A stretch of 64,000 nucleotides of DNA from Octopus vulgaris (taxonomy: Eukaryota), in the NCBI GenBank assembly GCA_951406725.2, contig OX597817.1, positions 151,714,001-151,778,000 of the forward strand. The letters are read 5' to 3'. Made by a program: the position numbers and the translations under genes. The first letter of the stretch is position 1. Each line of letters starts with the position of its first letter. The notes under the pieces are model-generated. The model was not told where the DNA came from. It saw nothing but the letters and a program-made list of their open reading frames with translations, and did not search any database. Below are positions 14,042-26,099 of this stretch, one piece after another.

Positions 14042-14097
<56 letters not shown>

Positions 14098-14209
14098 ATG
14101 CAATACTAATGTATTTAGTTTTCATTGAACACTGGTACAAACCGGAGAACTAGTATGCCAGCACCCCTTAAAGGATTATAGGCCCTTGACACAATTGTAT
14201 GTGTATGTT

Positions 14210-14450
14210 TGTGAGTATATGCGCGTGTGTGTGTGCCTGTGTGTTTGTCCAACCACCACCGTCTGACAACCGGTGTTGTTGTGTTTGCATCCCGTTAATA
14301 TAGCGGTTCGGCAAAAGACATCGATGGAAAAAGTAATTGGCTTTAAAAAATAAAAGTACTAGAGGTCGATTCATTCGACTAAAAATTTTTCAAGGCGTGG
14401 CCGCTGTCTAATGACTGAAACAAGTCAGAGATAAAAGATAAAAGATAAAA
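14210..14450 (+). mobile_element. SINE family A, diverged 3' half
   Basis: tagcggttcggcaaaaga...atgactgaaacaagt with an (AAAAGAT)n tail. Confidence 0.7.
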
Positions 14451-15129
14451 AAAAAAAAAGATGTTGTCTGCTTTTCCTTTCACTCGGTTAAGACTGCTGA
14501 CAGATTTACCTAAACAATTGCCATTTCCATAATGCAAATGATCTTCCTGTTTTGTTTTTTTTTCCCATCTCTTTTAATCACAGTAAATGTGCTGCCCCTT
14601 GTTAAGTTTCCTATTAGCCGCCCACCGTACATTAAAACTAATCCACAAATACGATGTTTCCAATCTCTGTGCAACATCAGCCCACTGGGTGTTAGCTCAT
14701 GCTTTTCCCTCTTCTCCATACTGAACAAATATTTACACTAACACAAAAAAAAAATTGCAAACATTGATTAAACATAAACCATAATTAAAATCAAGATTAT
14801 ATTACTAGAAATAAACCAGTGATTATTCTGCAGAAAATTTTCAGACATAACGTCCATTTCGGTACTAATAAAATATGCATGTCAGAACAACACTATATAG
14901 CCAATATATTTGAGTAGCATTTTATATCAGCGCTTCTGGCTAATGTAGATAATAACAATGAGTGGTTTTGTTTACAGGAGACTGGATGGATAAATTCTGA
15001 TCGAGTTACTAAGCCAGGAAGCCTTTTTTGTTTTTGAAATTTTCTTCGCAGATATATAGTTTGGTTTGCTAATTCGGAAAATCCCGTTTATTTCTTTTCT
15101 TTTCATTTTTCCTTCCCCCTCCCCACCAC

Positions 15130-15590
15130 TTTTAACTTGTTTCAGTCATTAGACGGTGGTCATGCTGGAATACCGCCTAGAAGAAACTTTTAGTTGAATG
15201 AATCGATTCCAATGCTTTTTGTTTTTTTAACTGGTACTTATTTTTATTTCTTTATTGCCCACAAGGGGCTAAATATAGAGTGAACAAACAAGGACAGCCA
15301 AAGGGATTAAAAGCCGATTACATCGACGCCATCGCGTAACTGGTACTTAATTTATCTACCCCGAAAGGATGAAAGGCAAAGTCGACCTCGGCGGAATTTG
15401 AACTCAGAACGTAGCGGCAGACGAAATACCGCTAAGCATTTCGCCCAGCGTGCTAACGTTTCTGCCAGCTCGCCGCCTAATCTGGTACTTATTCTATCAG
15501 CCAAGATGTGGCAGCCACGAGAGTCAAAATAAAGATTACCCTTATTGTCATCGGAGCATGGGGGACAGAGACAGACAGACAGACAGACAG

Positions 15591-15651
<61 letters not shown>

Positions 15652-15800
15652 CACACATATATATACGACGGGCTCATTTCAGTTTCCATCTAGCAAATCT
15701 ACAGGCAATGCTTTGATCGGCCCAAGCCATAATAGAAGACACCTGCCTAAAATACCACGCAGGGGGACTGAATCCAGAGCTGTGGTTGGAAAGCAAGCAA
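15130..15800 (-). mobile_element. Diverged SINE A with nested SINE B (~15245-15479)
   Basis: SINE A halves flank a full minus-strand SINE B. ctggtacttatt occurs on both sides of the insert. Confidence 0.7.
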
Positions 15801-15914
15801 GGGAGAAATTAGTGATTAAAATAACTATGCGTTTTTGAAAATTAAAAGTTTTAAGAATTTTAACAAATCAGAACTCTCCATCATCAACATACTGGAAATT
15901 ACGACTGCTATATA

Positions 15915-16182
15915 AGGGCCGGTTTCCCGGTTTCCTTGGCGAATAGGTTCCCCACCTGGACAGGACGCCGGTCCGTCGCAGGTGAGCTGCAAGATGCAGG
16001 AGGAAAAAGTGAGAGAAAGTTGTGGTGAAAGAGTCAGCAGAAGTTCGACATTGCCACCTGCCGGAACCGCGTGGAGTTTAGGTGTTTCGTTCATAAACAC
16101 ACACATCGCCCGGTCTGAAATCTGAACCCGCGATCCCTTGACCGCGAGTCCTCTGCTCTAACCACTAGGCCATGAGCCTCCA
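15915..16182 (-). mobile_element. SINE family C2 (tRNA head + V-domain-like 3' part)
   Basis: Minus strand tggaggctcatggcctagtggttagagc... and cctgcgacggaccggcgtcctgtccagg. Confidence 0.75.
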
Positions 16183-16199
16183 AATATTTTGAGGATTTT

Positions 16200-17340
16200 A
16201 AATTTTGGCTCAGGGCCAGAAATTTCATAGGTGGAGGGGTAAGTCGATTACATTAACCCCAATGTTCAACTGGTATTTATCTTATCGACTTCGAAAGGAT
16301 GAAAGGCAAAGTCGACTTCGGTGGAATTTGAACTCATAACGTAAAGGCGGCGAAATGCCGCTAAGCATTTTACCTGGTGTTCTAACGATACTGCCAGCAT
16401 GCAGTCTTAATAATAATCCTTTCTACTATAGGTACAAGACTTGAAATTTCAGGGGAGAGGGTGAGTCAATTACATTGACCCCAGTGCGTAACCGGTTCTT
16501 ATTTAATCGACCCCGAAAGGATGAAAAGCAATGTCAATCTCGTCGGATATTTGAACTTAAACCGTAAGGACGGATGGAATGCCATTAAGCATTTCGCCCG
16601 GCATGCTAACGTTTCTTATTTCGTTATTGCCCACAAGGGGCTAAACATAGAGGGGACAAACAAAGACAGACAAAAGTATTAAGTTGATTACATCGACCCC
16701 AGTGCGTAACTGGTACTTAATTTATCGACCCCGAAAGGATGAAAGGCAAAGTCGACCTCGGCGGAATTTGAACTCAGAACGTAACGGCAGACGAAATACC
16801 TATTTCTTTCCTACCCACAAGGGGCTAAACACAGAGGGCAAACAAGGACAGACAAACGGGTTAAGTCGATTATATCGACCCCAGTGCGTAAATGGTACTT
16901 ATTTAATCGACCCCGAAAGGATGAAAGGCAGAGTCGACCTCGGCGGAATTTGAACTCAGAACGTCACGGCAGACGAAATACCTATTTCTATTTCTTTATT
17001 ACCCACAAGGGGCTAAACACAGAGGGGACAAACAAGGACAGACATAGGTATTAAGTCGATTACATCGACCCCAGTGCGTAACTGGTACCTAATTTATCGA
17101 CCCCGAAAGGATGAAAGGCAAAGTCGACCTCGTCGGAATTTGAACTCAGAACGTCACGGCAGACGAAATACCGCTTAGCATTTCTTCCGGCGTGCTTAAC
17201 AATTCCGCCAGCACGCCGCCTTAATACTGCTGATAATAATAATCCTTTCTACTATAGGCACACGGCCTGGAATTTGCGGAGAGGGAGATAGTCGATTACA
17301 TGGACTCCAGTACTTGACTGGTTCTTAATTTATCGATCCA
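16200..17340 (-). mobile_element. Head-to-tail cluster of SINE family B units
   Basis: At least five cgaaaggatgaaa-containing core units on the minus strand, with two alternative tails. Confidence 0.85.
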
Positions 17341-17932
17341 CTAGAAATTTGGATTTCTCCGTTTGCTCGTTAGGCCTCTCCGAGTCTGTAAAGGTTTTTT
17401 TTAAACCTCTGTTTAAGGGGAAATAACCCGTACTCATTAACGGTTTTCGTATTCCACGAGTTCTGAGCGTTTTCTCACGCCTGTATTCATATAGAGTCTG
17501 ACCAGCTGTCCACAAGGCTTTGCTTTGTGGGTGCGTAACCTTGGGTAACTCTATATAAAATTTTGTTGTGATATATGTGTGTGTGTGTTTGTGTGTGTGC
17601 CCCAGCATGGCTGCAATCCAATTATAGAATCGGCTTGAAGTTACATATTTTGGAGAGGATGTAGTTGATCTAATCGATACTAGTACTTGATGAGATCAGG
17701 AGAAGTTCGTACCGAGTACTGGTGGTGACAGAATGACAGGAAAAGTTGATCTCGGTGGAGTATGAAATCAGAAAGCAAAGGGCCGCAGCTTCATACTACC
17801 TTTTACTGCAGTTAACACAATGAATGTTAACAAAGGCACCCGGCTAGAAATGGTGCGGTGGATACCCAGCTAGTCTAATCGATCCCAATACTTGACATGA
17901 ACATATTTTAACGACCCCGGAAATATATAAAG

Positions 17933-18211
17933 CATTGGTTCCCAAAATGGACGGTACTGCCCCTTGGGAGCGGCGGAAAGATCCAGTTGGGGACATTGAA
18001 GAAAAGTTGGGCGATAATGGGGTGGCTAAAAAGGGGCGATGGATGTAAAAACAACAAAATAATGGGTTAATTAGGGTAAGTTTTATTTGTGAAATTCAGT
18101 TGTTTTGAATTTGCTTCAGAAAGTGGTTTATATTTGTGATAGTGAGTGGGGACGGGCGCTAAGGTCTTGGTGCTAAGGGGGCGGCATCCACCAAACATTT
18201 GGGAACCACTG
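17933..18211. mobile_element. hAT (Charlie-like) MITE
   Basis: TIR cattggttcccaaa / tttgggaaccactg. Degenerate 8-bp TSD atataaag/ttgtaaag. Confidence 0.7.
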
Positions 18212-18314
18212 TTGTAAAGTTACGGAACTAAATGCTGCATAGAATTTTGTTCTTTAATCTAATGTTTTTTTTTGTTTTGTTTTTTTCGGATTGCCCCTTG
18301 TCTACATCATTGAC

Positions 18315-18747
18315 GGTGATCTTTCGTCTCTAGTAGACCTTTCCGTCGATTTCCGTAAAAAATTTTTTTTTTTTACATATGGGCTTGCGGGAACTTTTGA
18401 AGTAATGAGAGCGAAAGAGACTAAGAGGAAGCGATTGTATGACGAGGGAAGTTCTTTTGAAGTTACCGTGCATTGACTCTCTCTGTCTCTTCACACACAC
18501 TAACAGAAGCACTTCACTTACACAACATACTTTCTGTCTCCCACACCCCATCAAACACACACACACACACATGTACATCAATGCTCCCATGCACGGTAAC
18601 TTCAAAAGAACTTCCTTCGTCATACAATCGCTTTCTCTTAGTCTCTTTCGCTCTCATTACTTCAAAAGTTCCCGCAAGCCCATATGTAAAAAAAAAAACA
18701 TTTTTACGGAAATCGACGGAAAGGTCTACTAGAGACGAAAGATCGCC
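18315..18747. mobile_element. Merlin-like MITE, ~160-bp TIRs, perfect 8-bp TSD
   Basis: GGTGATCTTTCG ... CGAAAGATCGCC. TSD tcattgac at 18307-18314 and 18748-18755. GG...CC termini. Confidence 0.9.
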
Positions 18748-19252
18748 TCATTGACTTTAAATTATAGCAGTTAATGTTATATGTTAAATAGTTTGGGATT
18801 TGGTATCCGTGTACTTTAGTGATAAAAACAAATTTCATAAAGAGCTTCAATAACGTCTAAAAGATTTCCAACTTTTGCTAGATTTAAGCAGTTTCGTTCG
18901 ACAAAATCACTACTTTAATAAGAATAAACTTTTCTTGTAGAGCACAAAATGAAATAGACGAGGGGGGCAGATATTACAAAATGTGTATAGGGGAAGCTTT
19001 ACGTCGAAATCGTATCGATGAAGCAAGGAAAACAACAAAGAGAAAATATGTGTGCTGAAGTCAGACTCAAAGATATTCCATCCGAGGACAATCTAAAAAA
19101 CGACTCGCAGATCTAAGATTACTCCATCAAGAGCAAGTGACTTCTTCCAAGTAACATTCTTTGAAAAATACGGGGATGGGCAAAAGTAGGTATTCATTTA
19201 CTTAATATGAGTGTAATATTATTTTCCTTTCTTTATTTCTTTTTATAATTCA

Positions 19253-19928
19253 CTAGCAGTATCGCCCGGCGTTGCTCGGGTTTGTAAGGGAAATAACTAT
19301 ATAAGCATTTTTAGAGAGTTATAGCTAAAAAAAATAGCAAAAAAATGCATTAAAAATGGAATAAAAAATGATGGTAATTTTTTTTTAAATCGTTGACTCA
19401 TCGTAGACATTTTTAGAGAGTTACTTCCCTTATATAATAGCGAAAAAATGCATTAAAATGGAAAAAATGATGGTAAATTTTTTTTTAAATCGTAGACTCA
19501 TGTAGACGCTTTCTTAGCCATTTCTGTTTTGGTGTCTTCAAGCCATGAAGTCGTTGTTCTAAAAGAACGCTGGTCTCCTTGACAACGCATTACGACGTTG
19601 ATTTCCTTACACTCCCTTCCCCACAGCTTCACGAGAGAGGGAAGAAGGGGGAGAAGCAACACAGGTGCAGATGTGACCATGGACGCCAACTCCGCCGCCA
19701 TCGACACACGAAAAAATATGCATTAAAATGGAATAAAAAATCATGTTAAATTATTTTTAAAATCGTAGACTCATCGTAGACGCGCGCTAATACCCAGACG
19801 GCCTCGATATGAATCACGACTATAAGATACCCGAATTTGGTTAAACTGCACCGCAAAATGTGGGAGTAGTTAGGAATCTAAATCGAAAGGGACAGACACT
19901 CACACAACTACAGTTTTATATATATAGA
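19253..19928 (-). mobile_element. Non-autonomous Helitron with an extra internal segment
   Basis: Same termini and body as 10803-11199, plus ~200 bp at 19508-19710. Confidence 0.85.
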
Positions 19929-21913
19929 TTAAGCAACTGTGTACCTACTTTTGCCCACAATTATAGGTTCGTTCGCTCAGGCTACGCTGACTGCACTCGT
20001 CTTCCAACAAATTCCATAGAGGATAGCATTTCCTTTTCTGCTTTTTATGTTTCTTAGAAAAAACTTGCTAACAAAAAGTCGATGAGATTTGATCAAAGAA
20101 GAAAGTGTCTATCCTTAGTTCTTTCTACATAACTATACCCACCAAACAGGAAAATCGTAAAGCCAGATCGATAGACCCTTCACACAACCAGTTATCTACT
20201 ATCTTCGCAACTGTTATCAGTTTTTATCATCAGTTCTAAATTTCCGCCAGGTGCCGCAACAGGCAGTCGAGGTAGGAACTATGTCTCCAGCAGTGGCGGT
20301 TCGTGTATAGGCACTGCAGAACTGCAGCAGCCCCTATTTCCACTCGATATTATCAATAACATTCAATATAAGTTTTTTGTTTTCTTTAACTCTTTCTTTA
20401 TACTTGTACATTATATGATTGTAACGGTTAAGGTTACCAGCTGTAAGCGATGAAAGATTTGTTTTTGTAGCGATGCCTGTTATGGTGCAACGTCGAGATT
20501 GCCAGTTTGTAACGATTGGGTCATCGGAAGGCTGCAATTCACTTGTTCGGGGTCACCAATTGTAAGCGGTTAAGATTTTAGTTGAAGCTAGTGAGAGTTG
20601 TAGGGTTGTGGGACGTTGACTCACAGTAAATTTCATTTCTCCCTCTGACCAAGGTTCTAGTTGGTCAGCCTGACTTCGTTCTCACTGAGTTGTCACCAAA
20701 GTGACTAACTCGTTGAGTCATCACCAAGTGACTGAACTATCTTTTTGCTTGGGGTTTATGCTTTTATAACTGTCCAGAAGGATAGACATATCACTGAGAA
20801 CAATGGGCTTCGTTGGTGGTACTGTGATATCTATATTCTAGCTTTTGGTGAAGTAGAAGAGATTATAAGGGTCAAATGGTAAAGACATTATTTCGGCCGA
20901 GCTAAAGTCAATCTGGCAAATGTAAAACTGCTGTCACAGAAAAGCCATTGTTCCACTGTGAGAAAAGTTCTGTTGAACTGTTTTTTTTAAATTTGGCTAT
21001 GGTGGATCGAATCCACTTCATGCATGCAAGATCCTCCATAATCCGTAAGCTTAATATCAGTAGCCATCCCCTAGTTTATGAAAAAAATACAAAATTCCTT
21101 GTGTAGAACAGTGCTCTTCACAGTTCCAGAGATGCGGTGTTTAGCTGTTGTGCGCATACTCACATGTCCGAGATAGGAAGTTTCATGCTAGGGAGAGAGA
21201 GCACTGTGTTTTACGCAAACCGACTCTAGTGTGCTAGTGAAAAGTAGTTTCTTTTTGACTCTGCGTGTGTTGTGCTTAAAAACATGTTTATATTTTTGAA
21301 TGTGATAAAAGTGTAGAAATAGATTATTATCCTGCTTCCAGCTACAGTGTTGCTGCCAGGATTTGAAAAATAGGGTAGATTCCATCCCACCCCACTTATT
21401 TTGTGATTTAGAGGAGATTTTTGAAAAACAGCGGGGAATTCGCGGCGGTGTTCAGGGAACAAATTAAACTCACTACCCGGCAGTGACTAAAACGCGAACC
21501 GATCGAGTTTATGCTTTTTTTTTTCCTGTAGTTTCAACTCAGAACTGCGGCCTTGCATAAATTTTCTTTTTATATGTTTGTTTCCTTTTACACAATATTA
21601 AAACGGCTGAAAATTTTCTGAAGCAGCACCCCAACTAATTTTATCTATGAGCTGCCACTGGTCTCCAGTCTACCACTTGGTCAGAACTGTTAAGTTAGGT
21701 GCGGCTGGAAAACACCATACTTGTGCTTCGAATAGAGTAAACTACGTCTGTTACAATTCCTCAAAAGTCGACTCTAGCTTAGATACCACTTCACACCTCT
21801 TCATCCGAGCCCATCGAACCGTTCTCGTATTTTCATATCTAACAGTGTGTACCTTAGCTCTGACAACATAACTTCCGTATTTACTCATTAATGCCCCTTC
21901 TAATCTCTTTCCC

Positions 21914-22352
21914 ATAGGTAGTGGGTAGCGATTTTCTTCCCTACTTCAGGGAGTGACGACCCTGCCTGACACGAGTCCCGAACTCAGCTGGCTCCGGCTG
22001 ACAGTACCGGGTATGGGCCCCTATCCAGGGTTACGGAAAGGAGACAACCTTCAAAGAAATCTGGAGTGGAGCCCCGTAGGCGGTTTAGTGTTCGACACGA
22101 TACTCTTCCGTCAGCTCCTGCAACCAAGCTGGTGCCAAACGTAATGCTCTGCACTCCTTTGGACTACGTCAGATAGGTCGAGAGAGGAATCCTGACGATT
22201 GGGCTACCCAAGATTTTCTTACATCTAGCCCAGGCCAGCGCAAGACTGGAGAGGAAACTGCAGAGGACGTGAAATGTAAAAACCAGATTGTATTAGTTTA
22301 TGCGCCACTCCATTGTCTCCCGAGACAAAATGATGCCAACAACAACAACAAC
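21914..22352 (+). mobile_element. Short non-autonomous retroposon (RTE-derived-like) with (AAC)n tail
   Basis: 12-bp TSD aatctctttccc at 21902-21913 and 22353-22364. (AAC)n tail. No tRNA head visible. Confidence 0.65.
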
Positions 22353-22572
22353 AATCTCTTTCCCTCTATCACTAAATGACTATTTATTCTGTTCTAATCT
22401 TCGAACTTCCGAGGAAGCGTTATCAATCCAGGATGTATAACCATTACACTTGTATTTTCAATGCTTTCTACCTTTTCCTTGAACATTACCCATTGCTTAA
22501 TTACAAGGCTAAAAGAGACGTACTTTATTGTTTTGTTGTTGCTTTCATTTGTTGTTGTTGTTGTTGTTGTTG

Positions 22573-22955
22573 TGGAGGCGCAATGGCCCAGTGGTTAGAG
22601 CAGCGGACTCGCGGTCATAGGATCGCGGTTTCGATTCACAGACCGGGCGTTGTGAGTGTTTATTGAGCGAAAACACCTAAAGCTCCACGAGGCTCCGGCA
22701 GGGGATGGTGGTGATCCCTGCTGTACTCTTTCACCACAATTTTCTCTCACTCTTACTTCCTGTTTCTGTTGTACCTGTATTTCAAGGGGCCGGCCTTGTC
22801 ACTCTCTGTGTCACGCTGACTATCCCCGAGAACTACGTTAAGGGTGCACGTGTCTGTGGAGTGCTCAGCCACTTACACGTTAATTTCACGAGCAGGCTGT
22901 TCCGTTGATTCGGATCAACCGGAACCCTCATCGTCGTAACCGACGGAGTGCTTCC
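22573..22955 (+). mobile_element. SINE family C1 (tRNA-derived head)
   Basis: ggaggcgcaatggcccagtggttagagc...ggtttcgattc head. Near-identical to 38684-39071. Sits in (GTT)n. Confidence 0.9.
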
Positions 22956-23207
22956 CCCAAAAAATGTTGTTGTTGTTGGTGGTGGTGGTGGTGGTGGAGG
23001 TGGTGGTGGTGGTGGTGGTGGTGGTGGTGGTGGTACTGCTGCTGGTGATGACACTGTTGCTGCTGCTAATTTCTTGCCATCATGGTATGATGTCAATCAA
23101 TGTTGTACGAGAAGTTGTCTTGGCAGTGACGTCAATCTTTGTAGTTGCCATGACCGTAACAATACTGACTGTAGTCAGGCCGAAAGTTTCAGATCTCTTC
23201 TCTCTCA

Positions 23208-23247
<40 letters not shown>

Positions 23248-23523
23248 CTTCCTCTTCCCCTTTTTTTCCCCCTTTTTTCTTCTTTTTTCATTTCTCTTTT
23301 CTCTTGTTCCTTTTCCTTTTTTTTTTCTTCTTTTTCTTCTTTTCATTTTTTATTTTATTTATTTATTTATTTATTTTTGTTCTTTTCTTCCCTTTTACGA
23401 TCCCTCTTGATCGAAAACCTACGCCACCCCCTTTTTTTTTTGTTTTCTTCATCCCCCAAAAGAAAAGCTCTACCTTGTAACTTGTCCCATCTGTGTGCAG
23501 CCCTGTGTGGCCAATAAAGAAAT

Positions 23524-23583
<60 letters not shown>

Positions 23584-23979
23584 TTATGTCTATCTCTTTC
23601 TGTATTGTCTGTATCTTATCTCTAATTTTCCTCCTCCGCGAACAATATAGTGACAGTCTTGGATCCATATTTAGCGAACGTATTGCAGAAATACACAACC
23701 TAAAAATTTGTCATTTTTTTTCCAAAAATGCATTTGAATTCTTCCGTTTTCAAAAACGAAGATACAATTTTACAAAAAAAAAAAAAAAGAAAAAAAGAGA
23801 AGTAAAACAGTTTTTCAAAATCTTGAATTTCCTCACCATACACTTGAAATTTTATCCTTTTTCTTAAATTTTTTTGTTTTGATTTTACGTTTGAATATAC
23901 AGAGATTACGATCTTGGCAAAAAATAGAATTTGTTTCGAAATTTCAATTTTAAAAAAATAAATAAATAACACCTCTCCG

Positions 23980-24125
23980 TTACTTAGCGATTCGGCAAAA
24001 GAGACCGATAGAATAAGTACTGGGCTTACAAAAGAATAAGTCCCGGGGTCGAGTTGCTCGATTAAAGGCGGTGCTCCAGCATGGCCGTAGTCAAATGACT
24101 GAAACAAGTAAAAGAGAGAAAGAGA
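23980..24125 (+). mobile_element. SINE family A, 3' part
   Basis: Matches 1-158. Confidence 0.85.
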
Positions 24126-24584
24126 GATACCTGGATTTCAGAAAAACCATATCCATCTCGACCCAAATCTTTTGGAAGTTATAAAAAATTGTCCCTTAAT
24201 TGCATGTGTACAGGACAACAACCATCAGCCAAATGTTCCCCAAAACAGACACAAACGAGAGTGTTTGGTAAGAAGTTTGCTTCCCAGCCATATGGTTCCG
24301 GGTTTTGTTTGTTTTTGTCCCCATAACATTGCGGTTCAACAAAGAGACTGGAAAAAATAAGTGCCAAGCTTTACAGAAATAAGTCCTGGGCTCGAGTCAT
24401 TCGATAAAACCCTTCAAAGTGGTACTCCCAGCATGGTAACAGTCTTTTGACTGAAACAGATTAAAATATAAAAGATATACCCATACATACATACATACAT
24501 ACATACATACATACATACATACATACATACATACATACATACATACATTCATACATTCATACATACATACATACATTCATACAT

Positions 24585-24975
24585 GATGACTGTTCCCTCG
24601 TTATCGAGTATGGCCATTGCACGAAGCTTAACTGTTATCGGTGCTGTGATCGAATGTGACTTTTTAGCCCAGCTAAAGATCTACAATGTCTTGTACAGAA
24701 TTGGCAGCTAAAACCTTTACCGGTAATAGCCGGCTGTAGTTGTAACTGGGCTTCATGTACCTTTGCATGTCGTTTAAGTCCTCCTGCCGAATTACACTCT
24801 CTTCCACATACCTGACAGATATGATTAGTATGGTGTGTAACTTACCACCAGTGGCCAGGTTGTCACTCATCTGTCTCGCTTTATGACCACGAAGATGACT
24901 CTTGAGTCGAGCTTTACTGAGGCAGGGTCTTGCACAAACACTGCATGTCAGCATCATAGAAAGACCCTTCCCATA
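24585..24975 (-). mobile_element. RTE-clade LINE 3' fragment in (ATAC)n
   Basis: LTCSVCARPCLSKARLKSHLRGH is the C2H2-type C-terminus typical of RTE ORFs. Flanked by (ATAC)n on both sides. Confidence 0.65.
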
Positions 24976-25089
24976 CATACATACATACATACATACATAC
25001 ATACATACATACATACATACATACATACATACATACGCACGTACGTACGAACAAACAACACGTGTGTAAAAACGTTTTGCTAGTGACCT

Positions 25090-25895
25090 TCTAGCATCTA
25101 AGTTAATTCATCTCTTCCGCGTGTTCCAATCTTTCTAGACTGTTTACCATCTTCAAAACATTTTACCAATTTCCCGAACTTTTCTTTCTCTACCAGAATT
25201 TGACCTTCGCAAACATTTTTCTCTCATATTCAAATTTTTTGCATCTCGAACTCTTTGTTTCATAGACGCACACCTAAAGAAAATTTTTTTCCATCTATAC
25301 TTTTTTGCTCATACACATACACATACATAAGTAATACCTTCCACCTTACACCAGCCCACAGCATTTCTTTAACATTTTCATTCACTCATATACACGCTCT
25401 CTCTCCCTCTCTCTCACACACACACACATACTTCCCCTGACTACTCACGTTACAGTTACTCTCACCAACGTCCTCTATTCCTCCTAATCAACGCCACCAT
25501 ATTTCTCCATATCTTTACAAATACATACACCACACCAACTCATACGAACACATCATGGTTCCTTACACCCGCTCCAGACTCATAAACACTGATATATGTA
25601 GTTTACACGCCTGCGCTTCTCAGCTCCCTATATAGAACAGCATTCTCCCTGTTTCTAACCATTCACCGTCTTCTTACGTCTCTTTCCCCACTTAATTTTT
25701 TTTTAACGTTGTGGTACTTTTTTTCCTTTTATGTACTCCCTATCTCTCTCTTCACTCTCTCTTTGCTTCTCCTTCAACTTTCCTTTCTGATAAACGACAA
25801 ATTTCCAAAACGTAAAAGACACTTATTTCAACTCCTCTGGCGTTAAGTTTGTTAAACTTTGTTCTTTCTGTAGTTCTTTTTAACGTTTACCGACT
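25090..25895 (+). pseudogene. Decayed Penelope-like 3' end with degenerate hammerhead
   Basis: CT-rich region organised like 47380-48529. cctttCTGATAAA...AAAACGTAaaag at 25782-25820. Confidence 0.4.
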
Positions 25896-26099
25896 ACACA
25901 TACATACATACATACATACATACATACATACATACATACATACATACATACATACATACATACATACAAGGAGTGATCCTCCTTTAAAGTGTTGAAATCA
26001 CGTTCACATCTGATTGCCAACGGACGAGGGAATTCCTCCGGTTATGTTAAATATGTTTTTCGCTATAGTTAATGTCTCTACTTGTCACTACCCAGATTG

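Noticed and set aside
20330-21060. Possible solo LTR (TATA-like box on the minus strand near 20765)
   Set aside because: No TG...CA termini, TSD or second copy could be identified.
22573-22650. tRNA gene (also at 10305, 51012, 58262)
   Set aside because: A- and B-box-like motifs continue into SINE bodies with TSDs, and there is no complete cloverleaf.
22833-23517. Poly-Pro/poly-Gly/poly-Val ORFs
   Set aside because: (GGT)n/(GTT)n microsatellite next to a SINE tail.
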